A stretch of 58,824 nucleotides of DNA from Basidiobolus meristosporus CBS 931.73 (taxonomy: Eukaryota; Fungi; Basidiobolomycota): contig MCFE01000554.1 in NCBI GenBank assembly GCA_002104905.1, positions 1 through 58,824 on the forward strand. Reading direction: 5' to 3'. The position numbers were made by a program, and so were the translations under genes. A model generated the notes under the pieces. It was not told where the DNA came from. It made no database searches and was given only the letters and a program-made list of their open reading frames with translations. Of this stretch, positions 48,540-58,824 are shown piece by piece (within the stretch, counting starts at the first letter, position 1; every line of letters begins with the position of its first letter).

Positions 48540-51202
48540 TGTCACCTCAGAACTCTTCATCCACTTCTGCAAAATTCATGGGATAAAGCAAGAGACTACT
48601 GTAACAAGCTTGCCACAGCAAAACAGGGTAGCAGAACATGCAAAACAATCAATAATTGATATGGCAAGATCTATGATCCATGATCAAAAATTAAGCTATA
48701 ATTTCTAGGTGGAATCAGTTGCAACAGCTGTATACCTCAAAAATTGGAGTTATAACAGAGTACTTTGTGATTCTACTCCATTTGATGCATGGCATGGATA
48801 TGGACCAAGTGCTGAACATCTATGAATATTTGGATGTACAGCATATGCCAAGAAACTGCGCAAAAATCAGTCAAAATATGAGCCAAAAAGTGTAAAGTGC
48901 ATATTATTGGGCTACTGCAATGATAGTTAAGCATATAGACTCTGCAATACCAAAGCAAAGAAGCTATTCAAGTCCAGGGATGTGTTGTTTGACAGATATT
49001 CAGAATTTTCACGAAAAATGACACCAGATAATAACAAAAATATGATCCCACGTCCACCCATTGTCAGGATTGAATCATGGCAGGACCAAGAAGTTCTTTC
49101 ACTCTAGAGGACTCTACAACAGTGAATAAGCCTGGATCAGTGCCCAGGAATATCCCAGATGTGATCATTCCAGAACCAAATGCCCAGAGATCAAATTGAA
49201 ACAAGAAAAAGCCCAAGTCACCATATCAATGAGGGTCCAAATTTAGCCTATGCCTATTCAGTTGATCTTGATGAACCCCAGACTGTAAAAGAGGCCCTAA
49301 GTTACCCTCAAACAGAATTTTGGAGATCTGCAATGACTGAGGAATATCAGGCCCTGATGGAAAATCATACTTGGGACTTAGTCAAGTTATCAATCAACAA
49401 AAAGTCAACTTGATGCAGTTGGGTACTTAAGACAATCTACAATGCTGATGGTGCAATAAAGAGATATGAAGCAAGACTTGTGGCCAAAGGATACTCTCAA
49501 ACAAGAGGACTTGACTATATTGAGACCTTTGCATCAGTAGCTAAGTTTAGCTCCATTTGAATAATATTGGCTATTGCAGCCAAACATAAGTTTTTTATTC
49601 ATCAAATGGATGTAAAAACTGCATTTCTGAATGGAGAACTTGATGAGGACATGTATATAGACCAGCCTGATGGGGTTGCTGACTAATATAACCCCAATTT
49701 GGTCTGCAAGCTTAAAAAGTCCCTATATGTACTCAAACAATCACTGAGAGCCTGGAATTGCATGATAGATTCTTATTTGGAATCTTTGAGTTTCATAAGG
49801 AGTAATGCTGCCTATAGTATATACTATAAGCCAGATAGAGCAAATCCAGCTCTATTAGCTATATATGTTGATGATTTCATGATAGCTGCCAACAACTTAG
49901 TAACATTGTAAGAGACTAAATCCAGCCTTTCTAAGACATGCAAGATGTCCAATCTAGGAGAGCTCAGTTACTACTTAGGGATTAAGTTCTCTGTAGACAG
50001 AAGTACCCAGACTATCACCCTCAGTCAATCCAAGTGTATTCCAGATATACTAAAGAAGTACCAAATAGATTAGTGTAAACCGGCAGCCACTTCAATGGAG
50101 ACAAACCTTAACTTGGTCAAAACATGACCAAATCAAGAGAGCTTGGTGCCATCTGGAAGCCCTGACTTTCCTTAGCAATTTATGGTGGGAAGTTGGATGC
50201 ATAGCATGCTTGGAACATGTCCATATATTTCATATTTGGTGGGATTTGTCAGCCAAAATAATCAGAACTATAGATCTGATGATATTGCAGCAGTTAAGTG
50301 AACTCTTAGATACCTAAAAGGAACTGCTGATATCTGCTTAAGATACACTTATAAGGATTCAGAACAGGATCTTGTGGGATATTCTGGTGCTGATTGGAGA
50401 CAAAAATTGGAAGACAGAAGATACACCACAAGATACACCTTTCTTTACTCCAAAGGAGCAATTTCATGGAATTCAAGAAAGCAATCAACCGTAGCACTTT
50501 CTACCACAGAAGCTGAGTACATGGCAGCCTGTGAAGCTACAAAAGAAGCAATGTTGCTAAGAAAGCTTTTTACAGATATAGGCCTATGTCAAAAGTTGCC
50601 TATTACTTTATTTCAAGATAATCAAGAATGTATACAATTAGGTAGCAATCCAACTTTTCATGCTAGAACTAAGCACATAGATATTAGACATCATTACATA
50701 TGTGAAGCTATAGAGAATAACTTAGTTAGCTTAGCTTACTGCTCTTCAGATGAAATGATTGCAGACACACTACAAAACCATTAGCTAGAGACAAGCTTCA
50801 ATATCTTAGGTCAAAATTAGGACTAGTCAGTATGAACATTTACCTGAGTGGGAGTGTTGTGAAAGTTTGTAATTCCACCTAAATATTCACCTGATTAGTC
50901 ACTTAGATCATTACCTTCAAGTCCTAGAGAATACTGACCAAATTCCTTGTTGGGATTTACTTAGAATTTTTTCACCAAACTGCCAAGTACCCAGAACATG
51001 AAAATTCTCAAAGTTGTCCAAAGTGCCCCAAACTTTGCACACATGCTCTTGTGACCTTCCTTAGCCTATTCTACATGTTTGTTATGCAAAGTCCATGTAA
51101 ATATATTAATACTACTTTTACATTCAATAAATTGTTAGGTGAAAGCCACATAATCTACTTGTCCTCCCAATCACTTCCAACATCTCCAAGATTCTTACAA
51201 CA
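48540..51202 (+). mobile_element. Copia-A 3' half (integrase, RT, RNase H, 3' LTR), 5'-truncated
   Basis: Integrase at 48540-49000, RT/RNase H ORF pieces at 49180-50784, PPT CTGAGTGGGAG at 50844-50854, LTR 50855-51202. Confidence 0.9.
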
Positions 51203-51336
51203 CTTTACATGTTTGTCATGCCAGGAGCCTGTAAAAGTGTAAATACTACTTTTACATTCAATAAGTCATTAAGTGAAAGCTGCACAATTGCCTTGTTCTC
51301 CCAATCACTTCCAATATCTCCAATACTCTTGCAACA

Positions 51337-51348
51337 GGTTATGAGCCC
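51337..51348 (+). promoter_or_regulatory. Copia-type PBS complementary to the tRNA-iMet anticodon arm (half-tRNA priming)
   Basis: GGTTATGAGCCC lies immediately after the LTR CA and is the reverse complement of GGGCUCAUAACC. Confidence 0.8.
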
Positions 51349-53842
51349 AAGCTACCACTCTCTGCAATGTCTACTACTGTTATTACTGGAATTTTTCCCT
51401 CTGCCAAAGAGTTGGATGGATTTTACCACCAAGTGTGGAAGGTAAAGATGAAGATGCTGCTACATGCACAAGGCATTTGGGATATTGTCATGGGAGAAGA
51501 ATACCCTCCTAAAAGCGTGGGAGAGGAATCCCTGAAGTACCAGAATTAAGAACACAGTGCCTGTAACAGCATTTGCCATAATGTTAAATACTAATTGCAA
51601 ATTCAATGCTCAAAGGCAAATATGATAAAGAATGCCTGGGGGCATCAAAAGACACCTACTAGTCATGTTTGGCAGCTAAGAAAATATATCCAAGATGAAA
51701 ATTCTCTACTACAAAGATGCAGCCAGGAGAAGAAATGAAAAATCTAACAAATAGAATTACCCTGCTGGTGGATAAGATGGAATCTGTGGGTATGTCAACT
51801 ATTGATGAGGATGTGATAATTACCATTCTGAATAGCCTGACTGACAATCTTTAGGGCCTTGTATCAGCCCTAGAGTCCAGAACTGAAGACTTGTCCTTAA
51901 ATAATGGCAATGGAAGGCTCTTGGATAAAGAGTTAAGAAGATCCAGCACCAATACAAAGGAAGAAGAAAATCCTTTAATAAGCAACAATAAACCACAAAG
52001 AAGGTACCCAACAGCCTAAAAAGGCAACAGCAACCTGCCATGCATCTAATGCAAATGGAAATGACACACCTCAGACCAGTTTTGCAATAAGAGAAATATT
52101 TGGCAAAAGAAGCCTGATCATGGATGAGTTGCAACAGCTGAAGATAGACTATTCTTACCAGCACTAAGTATGACCACAAACATGGACTCTCAGACACAGT
52201 ATATTGACTCTGAAGCTTCTCAATATTTTACACACCAAAAAAACTCTTTACCCATTGCCAAGAAATTCCAATTAAGAAGGTTTTCATGGGTGACAATAGT
52301 ACACTTGATGCAGTTGGAGAAGGACCCATCCAACTAAACCTTAGAAGCAGTGACAAAAGCCCTACACTGACCTTGAAAGAAGTACTCTATGTACTAGAAG
52401 TAGCCTAGAACCTACTATCTGTAACCAAGGCCACTGCAGAAGGACTCAGTTTCAGCTTTGACAATTCTGGAAGCAGGATCACTGTTCAAAATGGTGCCCA
52501 TATTGATTTGGGTATCAGAAATCAGAATCTATACAAGTTGACTTATTTTCCATCATATCTGGAAGCCAATATAAGTAACTTATATGAAGACATCAATGTG
52601 TTAGCATAGGAGGTTTGGGCACATCAATTGTGATTATTTGCGCAAAAAAATCAAAGATCAGCTAATTTCTGGAGTAAAAATTGATCTCCCAGCTAGTTTA
52701 GAGTACTGTGAAGCCTGCGTATATGGGAAGCAAGCTAGGCAACTGCTTAAGAACTCTGGGTTAATCAAAACTAAGAAAAAATTAGATCTAATTCACTCAG
52801 ATCTGGGAGTACCTATACAGATTTATTGTAAGGTGGGATGAAGTATTCAATCACTTTTGTTGATGATTATGCAATATACATGTTTATTTACTTCATGGGG
52901 AGAAAAGAAGAAGCTCAGTCTAAGTTCAGGGAGCTTAAAGCTATTGTGGAGAGAGAAACTGGTGAAAAAATCAAGAAAATCCACTCAGAAAATGGGGGAA
53001 ATATACCTCAAAATTCTTTATCCACTTCTGCAAAATTCATAGAATAAAGCAAGATTCCACTGTAACTCACTCCTCATAGCAAAATGAAGTAGCAGAATGC
53101 GCAAACAGATCAATAAGTGATATGTCAAGATCTATAATCCATGGTCAAAAATTATTCTATGATTATTAGGCAGTATCAGTTGCCACAGCTGTATACCTTA
53201 AAAACAGGAGTTATATCAGAATACTTGGTGGTTCTACTCCATTTGAAGCATGCAATGAATATAGACCAAGTACTGGACATCTAAAAATATTTGGGTGTAC
53301 AGTGTATGCCAAGACACTGCCCAGAGATCAGTCAAATTTTGAGCCAAAAAGTGCAAAATGCAAATCTTTGGGCTACCCCAATGAAAGTAAGGCATACCAA
53401 CTCTACAATGCCAAAGAAAAGAAGCCAATCAAGTCCAAGGATGTGTTGTTTGATGAAAATTCAAAATTCTCACCAAAAATGACTTCAAATGATGACAAAA
53501 ATCTGATCTCAAGTCCATCAATTGTCAGGATAGAATCAGAGCAAAACAATGAGAAATTTTCACTCTAGAGGACTCTACAACAGTGGTTCAGCCTGTCTCA
53601 GTGGCCAGGAATATCCCAGAAGTGGTCATTCCAGTATCAAATGCCTGGATATCCAACCAGACAAGAAATTGCCTAATTTACCAAGTCAATGAGGGTACAA
53701 ACTTAGCCTATGCCTATTCAGTCCACATTAATGAGCCCCAGACTGTAAACAGGACCCTGAATAGCCCTCAGACAGAATTTTGGAGATCTGCAATGACTGA
53801 GGAATATCATCCACTGATGGAATATTGTACTGGATTGATATT

Positions 53843-54576
53843 AGACTTGTTCTGTTGGATAGTGCCACATTGAGCCATGAGTGCCAAATGATGACATAGT
53901 GTAACAAGGAGGCCAAATGAGCCAATACTTGGCCACAGAGTGTGAAACACAGCTCTGCATCTTCATGCAAAGCAGTTCCTGTGTTTCACCCATAGAGCTG
54001 GAGAAAATCCATTTTTTGACCTTTTTTTTTGGATCAATGTTGCGCAGGATGTGTAATAGCACAAAAAGATTGAAGACATGCATTGGGTACTCAATACCCA
54101 TGGCATTCAGAATCTAGCTCCTGTGGCTTGTATCATGTCACAAAAATGAATGGCACTATCTTGGTCCACTGTTACAATCTGGCACTATATTTAAGTATTA
54201 GCTCTAAAGTAAAACCTATATAAAGCACTTATAGTGCCAGATTGTTACAGTGCACCAAGATAGTGCCATTCATTTTTGTGACATGATACAAGCTACAGGA
54301 GCTAGATTCTGAGTGCCATGGGTATTGGGTATCAGATGCATGTCTTCAGTCCTTCTGTTCTCTCACACATCCTGAACAATGTTGATCCAAAAAAAAAGGT
54401 CAAAAAATGGATTTTCTCCAGCTCTATGGGTAAAACACAGGGGCTGCTTTGCATGAAGATGCAGAGCTGTGTTTCACACTCTGTGGCCAAGCATAGGCTC
54501 ACTTGGCCTCCTTGGTACACTATGGCATCATCTGGCACTCATGGCTCAATGTGGCACTATCCAACAGAACAAGTCT
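53843..54576. mobile_element. Foldback element, 734 bp, ~345-bp inverted arms, ATT TSD
   Basis: ATT|AGACTTGTTCTGTTGGATAGTGCCAC...GTGGCACTATCCAACAGAACAAGTCT|ATT. Arms run ~53843-54189 and ~54230-54576. Excision restores RT LILAIAA. Confidence 0.95.
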
Positions 54577-56095
54577 ATTGGCAATTGCAGCCTAATATAA
54601 GTTATTATACATCAAATTGATATAAAAGCTGCATTTTTAAATGGAGAACTCAATGAGGATGTGTATATGGACCATCCTGAGGGGTTTGCCAATCAAGATA
54701 ACTCCCTGACTATAGTATATACTATAAGCCAGATAGAGTAAATCCAGTTCTATTAGCTCTATAGGTGGATGATCTTAATATAGCCTTCAATAACCTAGCA
54801 ACATTGGAAGAGACTAAACCCAGCCTATCTAAAGAGTTCAAGATATCCAATTTAGTAGAACTCAGTTACTACTTATGGATAGAGCTCTCCATAGACAGAA
54901 GTACCCAGACTTTTACCCTAAGCCAATCCAAGTATATTCAAGATTTACCATAGAAGTACCAAATGGATGGCTGTAAACCAGCAGCTACCCCAATGGAGAC
55001 AAACTATAGCACGGTCAAAACTCAACCAAAACAAGAGAGCTTGGTGCCATCTGAAAGCCTTGACTTTCCTTATCAGTATATGGATGGCAGTCTGATGTAT
55101 ATTATGCTTGGAACATGTCCAGATATCTCATATTCAGTGGGAGTTGACAGCAAACGTAATCAGAACTATGGATCTGATCATATTGCAGCAGTTAAGCAGA
55201 TATTTAGATACCTAAAAGGAACTGCTGATATGCACTTACAATACACTTATAAGGATTCAGAACAGGATCTTGTTGAATACTCTGATGATGTTTGGGGACA
55301 AGATTTAGAAAACAGAAGCTTCATCACAGGATACACCTTTCTTTACTGTCAAGGAGCAATTTCATGGAATTCAAGCAAGCAATCAACTGTCACACTCTCC
55401 ACCACAGAGGCAGAGTACATGGCAACCTGTGAAGCTACAAAAGAAGCAATGTAGTTAAGAAAGCTTTTTTATATTTAGACTTATGTCAAAAAATGCCTGT
55501 TACTTTATTTCATGACAATTTAGGATTTATATAATTAGGTAGAAATCCAACTTTTCATGCTAGAACTAAGCACATAGATGTTAGACATCATTTCATATGC
55601 AATGCTATAGAGAATAACTTAGCTTGGCTTACTGTCTCTTGGATGCAATGATTGCAGATATATTTGGCAAACCATCTGCTAGAGACAAGCTTGAATATCT
55701 TAGGTCAAAATTAGGACTAGTCAGTATGAGCATTTAGCTGAGTTGGAGTGTTGTAAAAACTTGCAATTCCTCCTGAATATTAGCCTAACTTTGTCACTTA
55801 GATCATTACCTTCAAATCCTAGGGAATACTGACTAAATTCATTTTTGCATTTACTTAGAAAATTTTCAACAAGTTACCAGATACTCAGAACATGAAAATC
55901 AAATAAGCTGTCCAAATAGCTCCAAACTTTGCACATATGCTTTTGGGACCTTCCTTAACCTATTCTAAATGTTAGGTATGTCAAGACCATATAAAAGTAT
56001 AAATACTACTTTTACATTCAATAAATCATTAAGTGAAACCACATAATCTACTTGTCCTCCCAATCACTTCCAATATCTCCAAAACTCCTACAACA

Positions 56096-56897
56096 TGTCT
56101 CCACTGAGGTAGCTGCTAGCTTAATGTCATCCATTTGGTACTCCTTTAGTATATCTTGAATATACTTGGATTGGCTTAGGGTGATAGTCTGGGTACTTCT
56201 GTCTATGGAGAACTTCATGCCTAAGTAGTAACTGAGTCCTCCTAGATTGGGCATCTTGAGCACATTGGTTAGGCTGGATTTGGTCTCTTTGAATGTTTCT
56301 AGTTTATTGGTAGCTGTAATAAGATCATCCACATATAGAGCTAAAAGAACTGGATTTGCTCTATCTGGCTTATAGTATATGCTATAGTCAGCATTACTCC
56401 TTTCAAATTCAAAGATTTCAAATGAGAATCTATTTTGAAATTCCAGGCTCTTGTTGATTGTTTGAGCCCATATAGAGACCTTTTAAGCTTGCAGGCTAAA
56501 CAGGAGTTATCTTGGTCAACAAGCCCATCAAGCTGGTCTATATCATGTCCTCATAAAGTTCTCCATTCAAAAATGAGGTTTTTGCATCTATTTGATGTAT
56601 AAAAAACTTTTATTTGGCTGCAATAGCCAATATTGATCTTATGATATTAAACTTGGCTACAAGTGCAATGATCTCAGTATATTCAAGTCCTTTTGTTTGA
56701 GAGTATCCTTTGGCCATAAGTCTTGCTTTGTATCTTTCAGTTAAACCATCAGCCTTGTATCTTGTCTTGAAGACCCATCTGCATCCAATTGATTTTTGGT
56801 CAATTGGTAATTTGACTAAGTCCCAAGTTTGATTTTCCATCAGGGCCTTATATTCCTCAGTCATTGCAGATCGCCAAAGCTTTGTCTGAGGGCTATT
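56096..56897 (-). pseudogene. pol: Older Copia-A RT fragment, host of two younger Copia-A copies
   Basis: ORFs 56610-56864 and 56048-56332 match the young RT. Cut at (REAL)|NSPQT and at AATSVET| by Copia-A LTRs. Confidence 0.88.
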
Positions 56898-58824
56898 TGT
56901 TGTAAGAGTCTTGGAGATATTGGAAGTGATTGGGAGAACAAGTAGATTATGTGGTTTTCACTTAATGATTTATTGAATGTAAAAGTAGTATTTATACTTT
57001 TACATGGTCTTGGCATTACAAACACGTAGAATAGGTTAAGGAAGGTCCCAAGAACATGTGTGCAAAGTTTGGGGCTGTTTGGACAACTTTGAGAATTTTC
57101 ATGTTCTGGGTACCTGGTATTTTGGTGAAAATATTCTAAGTAAATCCCAACAAGGAATTTGGTCAGTATTCTCTAGGATTTGAAGATGATGATCTAAGTG
57201 ACTAAGTTAGGTGAATATTTTGGTGGAAAATACGAATTTTTACAACACTCCCACTCAGCTAAATGTTCATACTGACTAGTTCTAATTTTGACCTAAGATA
57301 TTCAAACTTGTCTCTAGCTAATGGTTTGGTAAATATGTCTGCAATCATTTCATCTGTAGGACAGTAAACTAAGCTAACTAAGTTATTCTCTATAGCTTCA
57401 CGTATGAAATGATGTCTAATATCTATGTGCTTGGTTCTAGCATGAAAAGTTGGATTTCTACCTAATTGTATACATCCTTGATTATCTTGAAATAAAGTAA
57501 TAGGCGTTTTTTGACATAGGCCTAAATCTGTAAAGAGCTTTCTTAACCACATTGCTTCTTTTGTAGCTTCACAGGCTGCCATATACTCTGCCTCTGTAGT
57601 AGAAAGTGCTACGGTTGGTTGCTTTCTTGAATTCCATGAAATGGCTCCTTTACAGTAAAGAAAGGTGTATCCTGTGGTGGATCTTCTGTCTTCTAAATTT
57701 CGTCCCCAATCAGCATCAGAGTATCCCACAAGATCCTGTTCTGAATCCTTATAAGTGTATCTTAAACAGATATCAGCAGTTCCTTTTAGGTATCTAAAAA
57801 TCCGCTTAACTGCTGCAATATGATCAGATCCATAATTCTGATTATGTTGGCTGACAACTCCCACTGAATATGAGATATCTGGACGTGTTCCAAGCATGAT
57901 ATACATCAGACTGCCGACCATAGATTGATAAGGAAAGTCAGGGCTTTCAGATGGCACCAAGCTCTCTTGATTTGGTTGAGTTTTGACCAAGTTAAGGTTT
58001 GTCTCCATTGGGGTAGCTGCCGGTTTACAGTCTTCCATTTTGTACTTCTTTAGTATATCTTGAATATACTTGGATTGGCTTAGGGTAATAGTCTGGGTAC
58101 TTCTGTCTATGGAGAACTTAATCCCTAAGTAGTAACTAAGTTCTCCTAGATCGGACATCTTGAACTCCTTAGATAGGCTGGATTTAGTCCCTTCCAATGT
58201 TTCTAGGTTATTGGCGGCTATAATAAGATCATCCACATATAGAGCTAATAGAACTGGATTTGCTCTATCTGGTTTATAGTATATACTATAGTCAGCATTA
58301 CTCCTTTTGAAACTCAAAGATTCCAAATAAGAATCTATCTTGCAATTCCAGGCTCTCGGTGATTGTTTGAGACCATATAGTGACTTTTTAAGCTTGCAGA
58401 CCAAATGGGGGTTATCTTGGTCAACAAAACCATCAGGCTGGTCCATATACACGTCCTCATCAAGTTCTCCATTCAAAAATGCAGTTTTTACATCCATTTG
58501 ATGAATAAAGAACTTATATTTGGCTGCAATAGCCAATATTAATCTGATGGAATTAAACTTGGCTACCGGTGCAAAGGTCTCAGTATAGTCAAGTCCTTTT
58601 GTTTGAGAGTATCCTTTGGCTACAAGTCTTGCTTTGTATCTTTCAATTGTACCATCAGCCTTGTATTTTGTCTTGAAGACCCATCTGCATCCAATTGATT
58701 TTCGGTTGATTGGTAATTTGACTAAGTCCCAAGTTTGATTTTCCATCAGGGCCTGATATTCCTCAGTCATTGCAGATCTCCAAAACTTCGTCTGAGGGCT
58801 ATTTAGGGCCTCTTTTACAGTCTG
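56898..58824 (-). mobile_element. Young Copia-A element, 3' part (continues beyond the window)
   Basis: 3' LTR 56898-57247 (TGTTGTA...TACAACA), PPT 57248-57258, intact RT-RNase H frame. Confidence 0.97.
57259..58824 (-). CDS. pol: Copia pol polyprotein, RT (RVT_2) + RNase H, 5'-partial and intact in the window
   Basis: 503-aa ORF 57259-58770, with the frame open to the window edge. Motifs [59 protein letters not shown]. Confidence 0.97.
   Translation of the reverse strand, partial: QTVKEALNSPQTKFWRSAMTEEYQALMENQTWDLVKLPINRKSIGCRWVFKTKYKADGTIERYKARLVAKGYSQTKGLDYTETFAPVAKFNSIRLILAIAAKYKFFIHQMDVKTAFLNGELDEDVYMDQPDGFVDQDNPHLVCKLKKSLYGLKQSPRAWNCKIDSYLESLSFKRSNADYSIYYKPDRANPVLLALYVDDLIIAANNLETLEGTKSSLSKEFKMSDLGELSYYLGIKFSIDRSTQTITLSQSKYIQDILKKYKMEDCKPAATPMETNLNLVKTQPNQESLVPSESPDFPYQSMVGSLMYIMLGTRPDISYSVGVVSQHNQNYGSDHIAAVKRIFRYLKGTADICLRYTYKDSEQDLVGYSDADWGRNLEDRRSTTGYTFLYCKGAISWNSRKQPTVALSTTEAEYMAACEATKEAMWLRKLFTDLGLCQKTPITLFQDNQGCIQLGRNPTFHARTKHIDIRHHFIREAIENNLVSLVYCPTDEMIADIFTKPLARDKFEYLRSKLELVSMNI

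Larger units (their letters stand above)
51203..56095 (+). mobile_element. Copia-A near full-length, decayed; 5' LTR split, RT partly deleted, foldback insertion
   Basis: 5' LTR remnant 51203-51336 and PBS GGTTATGAGCCC 51337-51348. Gag ATG at 51367. YIDSEAS at ~52200 and IHSDLG at ~52790. RT/RNase H at 54580-55736. 3' LTR 55749-56095. Confidence 0.9.

Noticed and set aside
53841-54620. Mirror-image ORFs (e.g. MGIEYPMHVF..., also 30232-30585 and 32780-33064) as a protein family
   Set aside because: They are chance frames inside the foldback arms and recur only because the DNA is repeated and palindromic.
54963-55454. Neurospora-type RIP (CpA>TpA)
   Set aside because: The changes versus the young copy concentrate at CpG, while CpA codons (CAA, CAG, CCA, TCA) are largely retained.

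Overview
This is eukaryotic, gene-free, strongly CpG-depleted DNA made almost entirely of nested, mostly decayed transposable elements. The host is probably a fungus, possibly an early-diverging one; this is inferred from primer-binding sites and pol motifs. I found no host gene, RNA gene or CRISPR array. Two Ty1/Copia families are present: A (~348-bp LTRs, including a young copy with an intact RT-RNaseH ORF at the right edge) and B (~368-bp LTRs). There are three Ty3/Gypsy families. Gypsy-B is full length (10374-17668, TSD CTCTG) and carries a decayed ~393-codon extra ORF after integrase. Gypsy-C occurs as two opposed copies. D is a two-LTR, gag-protease-only element with 803-bp LTRs, a tRNA-Lys PBS and a 4-bp TSD. 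Scattered fragments reassemble into an EnSpm/CMC-type (Transposase_21) DNA transposon with CCC...GGG ends and a second, divergently transcribed unknown gene. A non-autonomous TIR family (AGACTTGTTC ends, AAT/ATT target) ranges from a 181-bp MITE to a 734-bp near-palindrome. A ~430-bp unclassified repeat carries a CCCCTTTA array. All coordinates and alignments were made by eye. Ends backed by TIR, TSD or LTR pairs should be near-exact; the others are approximate.
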